Shown: positions 41,471 through 50,862, counted from the first letter of the stretch. The stretch: DNA of 64,000 nt from a virus (IMGVR_UViG_2728368993_000001:50818-114817); one strand, 5' to 3'. Translations and numbers: made by a program. The notes: generated by a model from the sequence alone, not told the origin.

Positions 41471-42814
41471 TTAGAGACCCAATAATTTCTTATCCATAGA
41501 GCCAAGTTTATTTTTGTTAAATAGAATCGTATTCACAAAATATCGATCACCATCAAGTTGGTGGTCATTTTGTTTAATCGGCTTATCTTCACCGCGATCA
41601 GCAGCCTTTTCATCCCAAATATAAGAAGAAAACTCACGGAAAGTTTCTACGCATCGATCATTGTATTTAATCAGACCATCATTGAGGGCATTACCAACAT
41701 TACGAATTCCATCGATGACCTCATTCTTTGCCTTAATCACTTTAAATCCGTTTTTCTTCAAAAGGGCAATAAAAGAAGCAGCCGATGGATCTACAATCAC
41801 ACCTTTAAGATTTTTTATATCATCTGTAAACGCCTGTAGATCCTCTAAATACTCTTGGTCTGTTTTTTGCTTACTCTTTTGTCGACCATCGTAATGGTAT
41901 TCCTTGTCCTTGTACCAAAGTTCATTGGAAAGACCCCACAATCCAAAGGTTGTCGGGTTCTGCGTACCATAATCAATACTGACATAGCACTTGGAGTATG
42001 GTCTTTCTTGTGTAGTCACGACATGCTTGTCCTTATTAAACATGTCATAAATAACGCCCTCAGCAAGCACCCATAAGCCTAGAATGAACCGCTGATAGAA
42101 GATGCCCTTATACATCCTCTTGTAACGCTCTTTGGTCTTAGCTGTCAGGGAAAGGTTATCATCCATCGTGAAATGGATATGTAGCATGTTCTTATCTTTT
42201 AGTTGGTCCAGATATTCCACCTTGAACCAATGATATGGACCAGCTGGGTTGCAGTTGAACCAAAACTTTGCCCCATCAACAGAACAACGAGCTGTTGCCT
42301 GATTAACAAATGATTGTGGCATCAATGCAACTTCGTCAAAGAACATGCCAGCAAGCGTAATCCCCTGTATAAGATCCTGTGAACCTTCATCCTTACCACC
42401 AAAAATATAAAAGTAATTCGTTTTACCTTTATAGGAGATGGTCAAGAAATTATCTGCTCGATGGTCCTTAACTCTATAACCTCGCGCCTTTAACATTCGC
42501 TTCAATGGAGTAATAACGTTACGTCGAAAAGAACCAATCGTCTTTCCGGCCATACCTAAGTTCACTTCATCGAACGTATCCATTCCCCACATAACGTAGG
42601 ATAGGGACATAACGACTGTTTTCCCAGCACGGACGGAACCATCACAAATAACCCCGTCTTTATCTTTGACAGGGGAACCATTTCGCCACCAGGTTAAAAC
42701 TTGCTTTTGCTTTACTGAGAAAGGTTTAAAGGTAAATGGTGCTGGCTTTTTCTTCTTAGCTGGCTTACTCGTCAGGAAAGCAAACGACTTAGCTTCAATC
42801 TTCGTTTGTGTCAT
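41471..42814 (-). CDS. Terminase large subunit (PBSX family)
   Basis: DGSVRAGKT, FFDEVAL, IDYGTQNP, DHQLD. Confidence 0.96.
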   Translation of the reverse strand: MTQTKIEAKSFAFLTSKPAKKKKPAPFTFKPFSVKQKQVLTWWRNGSPVKDKDGVICDGSVRAGKTVVMSLSYVMWGMDTFDEVNLGMAGKTIGSFRRNVITPLKRMLKARGYRVKDHRADNFLTISYKGKTNYFYIFGGKDEGSQDLIQGITLAGMFFDEVALMPQSFVNQATARCSVDGAKFWFNCNPAGPYHWFKVEYLDQLKDKNMLHIHFTMDDNLSLTAKTKERYKRMYKGIFYQRFILGLWVLAEGVIYDMFNKDKHVVTTQERPYSKCYVSIDYGTQNPTTFGLWGLSNELWYKDKEYHYDGRQKSKQKTDQEYLEDLQAFTDDIKNLKGVIVDPSAASFIALLKKNGFKVIKAKNEVIDGIRNVGNALNDGLIKYNDRCVETFREFSSYIWDEKAADRGEDKPIKQNDHQLDGDRYFVNTILFNKNKLGSMDKKLLGL

Positions 42815-43682
42815 TATTCCACACCTCCGAAGTTGTAGCATCTAAAGCGGCTTCAAAACCATCATCCTCATATTCTTCTTCTTCATTCGCTCCAAAGACT
42901 TTATGATGAGAAATTTTAAGTTTCTCTTCCTCAACTTGACGCTTGAATTTGTCTGGGAACAAGTCGAAGTATAAGGACAATTTATCCAAGGCCTTCATCT
43001 TGTCAGCAAGCTTAACCGATATACCGTCTTTGCCCTTTTTAACTTCTGTAATTAGAGTCCCATCAACTTCATTGGCATTCTTGAAATCAACATAGTTGTA
43101 GCTATACATCACAGGTTCGCCGTTTTCATCTAATATAGGTTCGCCAGTTAATGCATTGACTTCCGGCTGTTCCTTTTGCCCAAAATCAACAAAGTCTGTA
43201 ATGTCAGCAAATGCTATCTTTACCCACTTATTTAGAACGTCTTGAGCATCAATAAACAGATTTCCTGTCATTTCTTTCTTCATTCGCTGAATAAACTCTT
43301 TCACCCTAACATTCCCTAACAGCCTTGGACCTTGCACATGAGCTGTATCTAGAGAATACCCAGCCTTAATTGCTGATTGAGTAGCATTGAATGACTTAAC
43401 GTAATGAAAACAAAAAAGCCTTTGTTTATCAGTAAGTCTATCTGAATCAAGCTCATCTTCTTTTATTATTTCTGGCTCGCTTTGTGGGGATGCATCCTTC
43501 TTTTTTAGGGTTGCAACCTTTTGATTTTTGGTTGCATCCTTTTTCGTTGGATTCCTCGACCAACCTTCACGGCTTTTTCTGCTTTTCAAGGTACCAATTT
43601 TCACATCATGCTTATCAGCAAGAGCCTGCAAAGTAATCTTAGAAGTTTCATATTCATTTCTTATTTCATCCCAATTAGGCAT
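42795..43682 (-). CDS. Terminase small subunit
   Basis: N-terminal HTH, LTDKQRLF, NATQSAIKAGYS, KLADKMKAL. Confidence 0.93.
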   Translation of the reverse strand: MPNWDEIRNEYETSKITLQALADKHDVKIGTLKSRKSREGWSRNPTKKDATKNQKVATLKKKDASPQSEPEIIKEDELDSDRLTDKQRLFCFHYVKSFNATQSAIKAGYSLDTAHVQGPRLLGNVRVKEFIQRMKKEMTGNLFIDAQDVLNKWVKIAFADITDFVDFGQKEQPEVNALTGEPILDENGEPVMYSYNYVDFKNANEVDGTLITEVKKGKDGISVKLADKMKALDKLSLYFDLFPDKFKRQVEEEKLKISHHKVFGANEEEEYEDDGFEAALDATTSEVWNNDTNED

Positions 43683-43754
43683 GTCATGTCACCTTCCACC
43701 TCCTAGTATTTGAGTTGTTTTGGGCAAAAGAAAAAGCACCCTTTATTGATGCTT

Positions 43755-44261
43755 TTATTCTTGAATTTCCTGTTTAGTATCGCCATTTTGCAATTCTGTT
43801 TCCTTCACTTTCACAGAATCCATTATATTGTCTAAAAAGGAATCGTATCTATTCTTAAACTCTTCTAATTTTTCAGCAGTAGGATTCTGATTGCTTTCTA
43901 GATAAAATTGTACATCTAAAAGCAGCCTGGTTACGAGTCCAACTCGAATCGCTATTTTTTTATCACGAGTAGTTAAGTTTAAAAATTGATCCATCGTAGT
44001 TAGAACAGTAAGAATTCCACTAAGTATTAAAGCCAACGAAGGCCCAAAGTTATTTATTTTCAAACCTAATATCACTGTTATTGTTGATGAGATTCCAACT
44101 ATTGTTATTTTCATCCAAAAAGCTTTCCTTTTAGCAACCTCGTGACTTTTACTAAGCGATTCCATATTGCTATTTAGTAATTTAATTAAAAAAAGAAAAT
44201 TTTTTACAACTTGCAAATCTGTCAAAATATCACCTTCTTTAATATTTTTGTCATTAATCAT
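43755..44261 (-). CDS. SLATT/DUF4231-like two-TM protein
   Basis: Helix - TM hairpin (ITIVGISSTITVILG...ALILSGILTVL) - helix. Confidence 0.7.
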   Translation of the reverse strand: MINDKNIKEGDILTDLQVVKNFLFLIKLLNSNMESLSKSHEVAKRKAFWMKITIVGISSTITVILGLKINNFGPSLALILSGILTVLTTMDQFLNLTTRDKKIAIRVGLVTRLLLDVQFYLESNQNPTAEKLEEFKNRYDSFLDNIMDSVKVKETELQNGDTKQEIQE

Positions 44262-44320
44262 ATTCTAATGTTAGAAAGATTTCTATTGTACTCCATTTGG
44301 ATACAATCATTGATCTATAT

Positions 44321-44353
44321 TTGAAAGGCACCCATTAAATGAGTGCCTTTCAA
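44321..44353. terminator. Hairpin after micropeptide A
   Basis: TTGAAAGGCAC...GTGCCTTTCAA. Confidence 0.8.
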
Positions 44354-44362
44354 ACTATAAGA

Positions 44363-44458
44363 TTATGGGCGAACAATACCTTGATATAAAACAGGATATC
44401 CGCCTGTACCTGGATCACCTTGCAACATTGGGCTTCCACCACTTCCTGGAACTTTCAT
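44363..44458 (-). CDS. 31-aa micropeptide A (not in ORF track)
   Basis: MKVPGSGGSPMLQGDPGTGGYPVLYQGIVRP; AAGGAGG RBS; paralogue at 46899. Confidence 0.82.
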   Translation of the reverse strand: MKVPGSGGSPMLQGDPGTGGYPVLYQGIVRP

Positions 44459-44504
44459 TTTACACACCCTCCTTCTAATAGTAGTGATGAATATGAGCTA
44501 ACTA

Positions 44505-44753
44505 TCACTTTTTTATTGTTATTTTTTTATAATCTACATCAAATGTATTTGGGTAGCCACATTCATCACGAGGACAATATGCATATACATTAATTGGTGT
44601 TCTATCTTCATTTCTCGTATTAGGACTAACCGCAACTTTGTTTTTAGGTAAAACATGTACAGTTAATACTCCACTATAGTGTTGTGGCACTTGATAATAC
44701 CATTCAAAATCTTTATCACAATCCTGACAATTATGCTTGCCTTCAATTAACAC
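44505..44753 (-). CDS. Zinc-ribbon protein
   Basis: CQDC...CPRDEC. Confidence 0.75.
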   Translation of the reverse strand: MLIEGKHNCQDCDKDFEWYYQVPQHYSGVLTVHVLPKNKVAVSPNTRNEDRTPINVYAYCPRDECGYPNTFDVDYKKITIKK

Positions 44754-44981
44754 TTCTCACCACCCTTTTGCCATATAATTATCAGCGACAGAAAGTTCAT
44801 GTACAATCTCTATCGTTCGACAAAACATGACAATTCATCCATAAACAAAGACGACATTCCCAACCTGATCACCTTCTTTCTCCATAATAAAAGCACCCAC
44901 CTAGGTGAGCGCCGAATTTAGTTCGTTTATCTTTCTTCTTAATTTCCCATCCTACAAAAAAAGAACTGCTTTTTTTAAAAA

Positions 44982-45752
44982 TTAATTCTTCTTCATTTTT
45001 TCAAAATCACCAGATTTAACCAGAATCGCTACTTTCCGACCAGATGAAAAGACTTTTGTACTAATTTTCATAGCACCGATTCTTCTGAATTTCTTTATTG
45101 CTTGTTCAACACTATCCTCTGTAGCATGAAGATTATTATCAACTAAATATTTTTTGAAATTTTTTCTAACGAATGATGATCCCATTTCTAAATCGCTTAA
45201 GTATTCAGCTAACGCAGCCTCTATTTCATTATCAATGCGGAACATGGTATCCTCAAACTTGCTTATGCCTTTATTTATTTCCTTCTTAAATTCTTGTTCA
45301 ATAGCTGCTTCGACATCTGGGGTTATCTTTATTGATTTTTTATCAAGAATCTTTGAAATGTCAATATTCCCCACTTCCTCTTTAAGGTTTGAAATTGCCT
45401 CTATAATTGTTGTTGTATCAGTTTTAGTATGAGTTTTAAGCTCCGACAATTCATCCTTTATATCACTTAAAGAATCTGTTACTTTGTTAAGTTCGTTAAT
45501 TTTGTTAGTTACATCTATTAATGCTTGATTTATTAACCTGCTTTGGCTAGATGAATCTATTGATTGAACGAAAGAATAAATAATCGCAACCCCAGCAAGA
45601 ATTAATGAGGCTATTCCTACCGCAAAAGAAATCTTATCCAGTAACACATCTGTTGTTTGTATTCTTATGGTCCAACTTAAAATAATGATAAAAAGTAAGA
45701 ATCCAATCCAATAAACAAAGTCCCTATTTGTAAATAACTTTTTCTTTTCCAT
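44982..45752 (-). CDS. Two-TM plus coiled-coil moron protein
   Basis: Hydrophobic N-terminal helices, then heptads. Confidence 0.78.
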   Translation of the reverse strand: MEKKKLFTNRDFVYWIGFLLFIIILSWTIRIQTTDVLLDKISFAVGIASLILAGVAIIYSFVQSIDSSSQSRLINQALIDVTNKINELNKVTDSLSDIKDELSELKTHTKTDTTTIIEAISNLKEEVGNIDISKILDKKSIKITPDVEAAIEQEFKKEINKGISKFEDTMFRIDNEIEAALAEYLSDLEMGSSFVRKNFKKYLVDNNLHATEDSVEQAIKKFRRIGAMKISTKVFSSGRKVAILVKSGDFEKMKKN

Positions 45753-45847
45753 ATGTCCAACTCCCCTCATTTACCTATTTCGGTAAAGAGAAGCTTTTTT
45801 TTAATAAATTCGTTCGACAAATCATGCAAAAGAAAAAGCACCCGATA

Positions 45848-46399
45848 TTATTCGGATGCTCCAGAGACTTTATTTAATTCATTTTTAAGAAGTTCATTAT
45901 AGCCTTCCTGTTCTGCAATTTCATACAATAATGTTATTCTCTGTTTCAACAACTCTTCACAATCAACCGATCTTTCCAAACTATCATTTCTTATTACTTC
46001 AAAAAAGCCCTTATATTCATTATTGATTATTTTTCCAGCAATATCCCAAGCATTCTTTTCCGCTAAAATTCTATTATATTTAATTGTATCTAGAATCTTT
46101 TCATCATAACCAGTTTTTATTAACAAATCGTAACAGGTAGATATTTCACGACTTATCTTATCTAAGTCTTTATCTATCGCATGCCCTAATTCATGACATA
46201 GTACAATTTCAGCATACACATTCAATGGTAAATCATAATATCTAGAACCACCAGTCAATGTATCAATATTTACTTCAATGGATTTCCTTATTGGATCATA
46301 ATTCATCTCTACAGATTCGTTATTTGTAAGACATAAATCCGCATCAATATTATGACTATCAACCTTTTCTTTGAGGATATTCATTAAATTTTTTATCAA
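45848..46399 (-). CDS. HEXXH zinc metallopeptidase-like protein
   Basis: LCHELGHA...EKNAW. Confidence 0.78.
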   Translation of the reverse strand: MIKNLMNILKEKVDSHNIDADLCLTNNESVEMNYDPIRKSIEVNIDTLTGGSRYYDLPLNVYAEIVLCHELGHAIDKDLDKISREISTCYDLLIKTGYDEKILDTIKYNRILAEKNAWDIAGKIINNEYKGFFEVIRNDSLERSVDCEELLKQRITLLYEIAEQEGYNELLKNELNKVSGASE

Positions 46400-46500
46400 T
46401 ACCCACTCCTCACCAAATATTTTCCTTCACATATGTAATTTGACAAATAGTTACTATTCCCCTGCTTTTCTTACAAATATTTGATTGAGTACTTAGCTCT

Positions 46501-46794
46501 TTATTGTATATTTGAATATGCCTGTTTATCTAACTCAAATACCGCATTGTCTTGAGCTTCTTCTAATGTATCGCCAATACCAACAGCCAAGTAATCCCTA
46601 CCGATGATTGCAGTACTATCTTCATTTTCATCATATAAATTTAAATACACTTCCACACGATCTGCGAAGAACAGAAAAATGAAATCAACAGCATCTTTAT
46701 GCTCGTTAAACATAATACCTGTCTCATTATCTAAAGCTCCCAATCCAAAACTTTCGTCTTCCACTAACTTTTCTAATTGTGTTTTCATGGTCAT
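46501..46794 (-). CDS. Acidic hypothetical moron protein
   Basis: AGGAGG RBS; SigH-like promoter at 46813-46840. Confidence 0.75.
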   Translation of the reverse strand: MTMKTQLEKLVEDESFGLGALDNETGIMFNEHKDAVDFIFLFFADRVEVYLNLYDENEDSTAIIGRDYLAVGIGDTLEEAQDNAVFELDKQAYSNIQ

Positions 46795-46898
46795 CCTCCT
46801 TCTATAAAGAAAGATTCAACATGCAGGCAAATAGTCCTTGTAAAAGTTTTGTAAAATAAAAAGACACCCAATGATTGAGTGCCCACCAAATTATAGTA

Positions 46899-47024
46899 TT
46901 ATGGACGAATAATACCTTGTTTCATAATGGCTCCTCCACCAACACCCGGATCTAACAATACGTTTCCTCCGATTGGTGGTTTTGTATAACCGCCTACTTT
47001 CTCACTCTTCACGACTCTTTTCAT
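46899..47024 (-). CDS. 41-aa micropeptide B (not in ORF track)
   Basis: MKRVVKSEKVGGYTKPPIGGNVLLDPGVGGGAIMKQGIIRP; AAAGGAGG RBS; own promoter and terminator. Confidence 0.85.
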   Translation of the reverse strand: MKRVVKSEKVGGYTKPPIGGNVLLDPGVGGGAIMKQGIIRP

Positions 47025-47048
47025 ACTATCCCTCCTTTCAAATATCTC

Positions 47049-47076
47049 ATTTCGACAAAAGAAGATAAATTCCTGC
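47049..47076 (-). promoter_or_regulatory. SigH promoter of micropeptide B
   Basis: GCAGGAATTT...TGTCGAAAT. Confidence 0.75.
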
Positions 47077-47080
47077 ATAC

Positions 47081-47290
47081 TTACCCTAGCACTATTATTA
47101 TCGTTTTATACAGCACAAATAGCATGGCAGCTATAGCTATATAATTAGAAATACTCTGCGGTAACTTGATTGTAACAAGAACAAATTTAACAAGTAGTCC
47201 AACAATTAATGGGATAATTACTATCACAGCAAGTTGTAAAGCTAAATTGTCCATTTGTCCCTTAAGTGGACTAAAATCTATCTTTTCCAT
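47081..47290 (-). CDS. Small two-TM protein
   Basis: 69-aa hydrophobic ORF. Confidence 0.72.
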   Translation of the reverse strand: MEKIDFSPLKGQMDNLALQLAVIVIIPLIVGLLVKFVLVTIKLPQSISNYIAIAAMLFVLYKTIIIVLG

Positions 47291-47353
47291 AATACACCCC
47301 TAATGTTATATCGGATGATTAAGGATATATAAAAGCACCCCGAAGGATGCTTG

Positions 47354-47476
47354 TTACTTACTTTTTAATTCATGCTCAATAACGACTTTTTTTTCAGTTA
47401 TTTTATATATTAAGTCCTGTTTTTCAGTAGTATTCGTGGCTGTAATATTAGGCAAAAACTTACCTTCAACTTTCAC
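47354..47476 (-). CDS. 40-aa ORF coupled to the HEXXH gene (not in ORF track)
   Basis: GTG 1 bp after the upstream TGA; GGAGG RBS; MKVEGKFLPNITATNTTEKQDLIYKITEKKVVIEHELKSK. Confidence 0.5.
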   Translation of the reverse strand: MKVEGKFLPNITATNTTEKQDLIYKITEKKVVIEHELKSK

Positions 47477-47477
47477 G

Positions 47478-48380
47478 TCACCCAACTCCTCCTGTATTTT
47501 GAATAAACTGTCTTAAAGTTAAAGTGTTTAGCATTTCATTCGTTTTGGCGTAATCAAGATTTAAAAAATAGCAGCAGTAATCTTCAGCGTTCTTAATAAC
47601 AAATGTAACGGATTCTCCACTTAAGTTAACTGGAGAGAGAATTTTATTTGCTTTTTGCTCTAATTCATAAGGAGTAAATATGGGTTCCATTCTAGTTAAG
47701 TACCTTAAAAATAAATCATGTTTCATTTCTTTTTTTAAAAATTCATCTACATATTTAATTATGTTCACAATAGTCTTCCTCATATCTTTTGGAGTTGAAG
47801 TATTCTTAGATAGACGCCTTAATCTTTTGTATATTTTATATTCTATAGGTTGAAATTGACTTATTTCTTGTTCAATTCCTTCTACTAAAGCAGGGGTTCT
47901 TACATACGCTTCAAAGATTCGAAGAGCTCTATCTAACTTGTTTGGGCCTGTATATTCTGTATGTATTTTTTCTTTAACACTTTCAAAAAACTCATTATCT
48001 AATATACTTTGACTAAATTTTTCTTGCTTCATCATCCGATAAATTTGTGTATGTTGAACCGTATTCTCTATATTCGTCAATGCACTATCTGGTCCTGAAC
48101 CATAATTAAAATCATATAGATAAATTTTTGGGAAACCTTGGAGGAATAATTTCGCATGAAATATTTCATGAACAAACGTTTCAATTAATTGTTTGCAATC
48201 AGGTCTTAGATAAACTTTTAATATTTTATTCCGTTTTTCCACTTCCTGCGCACCGTATGCCTCATCAAACAAAGGATTTGATTCTTCAAGTTTATGAATT
48301 TCTATCGTGTATCCTTGTTGAGACGCAAGACGTTTCACCTCATTATAAATTGGTATTTCTTCTGGATTTATCATTTTCAT
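47478..48380 (-). CDS. HEXXH metallopeptidase-like protein
   Basis: FVHEIFHAKLFLQGFP...ENTVQH. Confidence 0.78.
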   Translation of the reverse strand: MKMINPEEIPIYNEVKRLASQQGYTIEIHKLEESNPLFDEAYGAQEVEKRNKILKVYLRPDCKQLIETFVHEIFHAKLFLQGFPKIYLYDFNYGSGPDSALTNIENTVQHTQIYRMMKQEKFSQSILDNEFFESVKEKIHTEYTGPNKLDRALRIFEAYVRTPALVEGIEQEISQFQPIEYKIYKRLRRLSKNTSTPKDMRKTIVNIIKYVDEFLKKEMKHDLFLRYLTRMEPIFTPYELEQKANKILSPVNLSGESVTFVIKNAEDYCCYFLNLDYAKTNEMLNTLTLRQFIQNTGGVG

Positions 48381-48398
48381 CTCCCCTTATGCCTACTC

Positions 48399-48426
48399 AT
48401 TTCGACAAAAGGGGAGAATTTCCTTC
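48399..48426 (-). promoter_or_regulatory. SigH promoter
   Basis: GAAGGAAATT...TGTCGAAAT. Confidence 0.75.
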
Positions 48427-48515
48427 AAATAAAAAACGCCACCACAAGGTGACGCCCTAATCATATTCCGTTCATAATCGGAGAGTATTTCCTACTCCCC
48501 GTCCTGCCTTCCATT

Positions 48516-48974
48516 CTAGCACGCGGATTTTGATTTCGATAAATCCGTAACCTCTGTAACATTTGGAACATATACACTAATTTGGTTAACTATGGAATCC
48601 TTAATACGTCCTATATGAGAATGAGATAACCCCATATGAAGAGCAATCCAACGATAAGACTTGCCTTCTAATATCCAATGCAGAACTTCAAAATCACGAT
48701 CATCTTGAATAATAGCCATACGGTCCTGTATAATTTGCACCTTTTCCTCATATTGAGCAATCTTCTTATACCGTTTTTCTCTACGTACAACCTCTTTGAA
48801 AATAGGATCACTGGTTACGCCTTGTGGCTTCGGGAGTGTGGCTTCAATACCATATTGAACAGTAAGTCCTTCACCCGCATCCTGCATTGAATCTCGTAAT
48901 ATCTTTATGGAGTTCATCATCCAATGGTAGTCTTTCAAAATACTCTCAATCTGTTTGCTAGCAGTTTCTTTCAA
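48516..48974 (-). CDS. Late transcriptional activator (ArpU/RinA-like, sigma region-4 HTH)
   Basis: LKDYHWM, QYGIEATLPK, LEGKSYRWIALHMGLS; precedes the packaging genes. Confidence 0.8.
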   Translation of the reverse strand: MKETASKQIESILKDYHWMMNSIKILRDSMQDAGEGLTVQYGIEATLPKPQGVTSDPIFKEVVRREKRYKKIAQYEEKVQIIQDRMAIIQDDRDFEVLHWILEGKSYRWIALHMGLSHSHIGRIKDSIVNQISVYVPNVTEVTDLSKSKSAC

Positions 48975-49079
48975 TTTAATCGCTCCTTTATTAATCAAAA
49001 TAAAAAAGGACACCAAACAAACGGCGTTAACCGTTCATTCAGTGTCCTCCAGAGGGCTGGTAGAATACTCAATCTTTCT

Positions 49080-49982
49080 TTATTTAAAATTCTTCAAATA
49101 ATATTCATAACTAGCTTTATTTCTAAAATGTTGTTTTGTAACTTTGATTTCCTTTTTCAGTAGTAATTGTATAACATCATTAATGAAATTATAAAGTCTA
49201 ACTACATATTTATTAAGACTTTTATAGGCATAATCATACGGCTCCTCAAAGTCAGCACTTTGATTTGTATCATCATAATTAAACAATTTTACTTCCAAAT
49301 GTATTGGGAATGTTCTTCCATCTATGGTGTGTTGATATCTTGTACTAAAATCATTGTAATGCGTAATTAAATCTCTTGGAGCAACAGCACCTTTAATCCA
49401 AGCATCATAATTTTCCAAAATGAAATCCATTAATGGATCACCTTTTAGCTCCATTACCTTTTGCATTAATCCTCTTGCCTTCCCACTAGATTTAATTCGT
49501 CCAAATGTCGACTCTAAAGAAATACCAGAATAATAAAACGACATTAAGGGCACAAGCCGATCTATTAGTGTTTTTATAGAAGAAAAAATTGATTGCACAT
49601 ATATATTTAAATGACGCTCTAAATTCTTATTGTCCAAATTTTTAAAATCATTTAATGTGTATTGATTTAAAGTATCTAAATACTGATTTAAAAAATATGC
49701 AGGTGATATATAGCTGGTTAGAGACTTAGATAAATAATAACTTGGTAATGCGGAAATTCCAAAATAGATTTTATCATCTGTTTTATACTTTAATTCCTTT
49801 TCACCAATTTTTTTTTCAAAATAAGCTAAATTATCTACTAATGAATTAATATCTATTTTCAATCTTAGGTATTGATCCACCTGTTCTACTTCTAATTCTC
49901 CAGATCGAATTAATCTTTCCAGCTCTCTTTGAGTTTTTATATAATCATCTATAAACGACTTTTTTTCTTTATTACTACTCAT
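49080..49982 (-). CDS. HEPN-domain protein (Cthe_2314-like)
   Basis: SIKTLIDRL helix and RDLITH (Rx4H). Confidence 0.7.
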   Translation of the reverse strand: MSSNKEKKSFIDDYIKTQRELERLIRSGELEVEQVDQYLRLKIDINSLVDNLAYFEKKIGEKELKYKTDDKIYFGISALPSYYLSKSLTSYISPAYFLNQYLDTLNQYTLNDFKNLDNKNLERHLNIYVQSIFSSIKTLIDRLVPLMSFYYSGISLESTFGRIKSSGKARGLMQKVMELKGDPLMDFILENYDAWIKGAVAPRDLITHYNDFSTRYQHTIDGRTFPIHLEVKLFNYDDTNQSADFEEPYDYAYKSLNKYVVRLYNFINDVIQLLLKKEIKVTKQHFRNKASYEYYLKNFK

Positions 49983-50008
49983 AACTCTTCCCCTCTCAAA
50001 CTAAGCCA

Positions 50009-50386
50009 CTACATACTTTTGTTACGCATCATTAAAGATAATCCCAAACTAAAGATCGCTATATAAGATGATAGCTTAGATATTACTTCATCTGCTGCAT
50101 CTACAAAAAGCTCTATAATTACAAGTGGTATTATAAATGATAAAGGGATAGCCGCCGCGATTATTAAAGATTCAACTAAACGAAAAAACTTAATCCCCTT
50201 TATTTGTTGCGAGCTTAATTCTTCATCTTCTTTTGCTTGGATTTCAAAAAAATCAGAAACAGTAATGCAAAAAGCAAAGATAGATAACCCTAGAATTATT
50301 CCGCTATGTATATTAAAAGCAAAAGCAACAATAGCAGAAAAAGTAAAACCTACTCCTAATAACCATATAAATTTATGATCTTTCAA
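50009..50386 (-). CDS. Four-TM hypothetical protein
   Basis: Hydrophobic helices; start overlaps the xtrA-like stop. Confidence 0.7.
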   Translation of the reverse strand: MKDHKFIWLLGVGFTFSAIVAFAFNIHSGIILGLSIFAFCITVSDFFEIQAKEDEELSSQQIKGIKFFRLVESLIIAAAIPLSFIIPLVIIELFVDAADEVISKLSSYIAIFSLGLSLMMRNKSM

Positions 50387-50619
50387 AAATCTTCCCCCTC
50401 ATCAAACTTAACCCGCTTAATCTTACCTTGATGAGTGACGATCTTCGTTTCCCCATGTTCGGGCAATCTAGTGAGCTTGACCTTACCATCACAAACAACA
50501 ATGGCAAAGCTTCCTTTTACATCCATTATATCAATTTCTAGTCTATTTGTCCTAGGGTCTATTTCAAGATTTTGGAGTCTAGTAGAATTTTCATTAATAA
50601 GCCTGGCAGCTTCTTTCAT
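50383..50619 (-). CDS. XtrA/YqaO-family protein
   Basis: LPEHGETKIVTHQGKIKRVKFDEGE. Confidence 0.78.
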   Translation of the reverse strand: MKEAARLINENSTRLQNLEIDPRTNRLEIDIMDVKGSFAIVVCDGKVKLTRLPEHGETKIVTHQGKIKRVKFDEGEDF

Positions 50620-50784
50620 TGAGATTCCTCCCGTGGTAAAATGTAATTGGGTGGACTGGGAGAAATCTCAGTCTTTTTTTATTTTCTATAACCTTCCATC
50701 AAATACTCACTCCAAATTTAATTCAAAAACAAAATGTAGTCTTTTAGAACCATTTATCATAATGCTAACAAGTGATAAAATACC

Positions 50785-50862
50785 CATTAGGCAAATTTTA
50801 CGAAAGTAAAAGACGCAAAGCCACGGACCTAAGGTTTTTAACTATGGTAGCCGGTTGCCAAG
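50785..50862 (+). ncRNA. c-di-GMP-I (GEMM) riboswitch
   Basis: GGCAAA-TTTTAC-GAAA-GTAAAA-GACGCAAAGCCACGGACCTAAG...ATGGTAGCCGGTTGCC. Confidence 0.9.

Noticed and set aside
44363-47024. Canonical aimR-aimP-aimX locus
   Set aside because: No TPR receptor and no signal peptide; kept only as the mimic hypothesis
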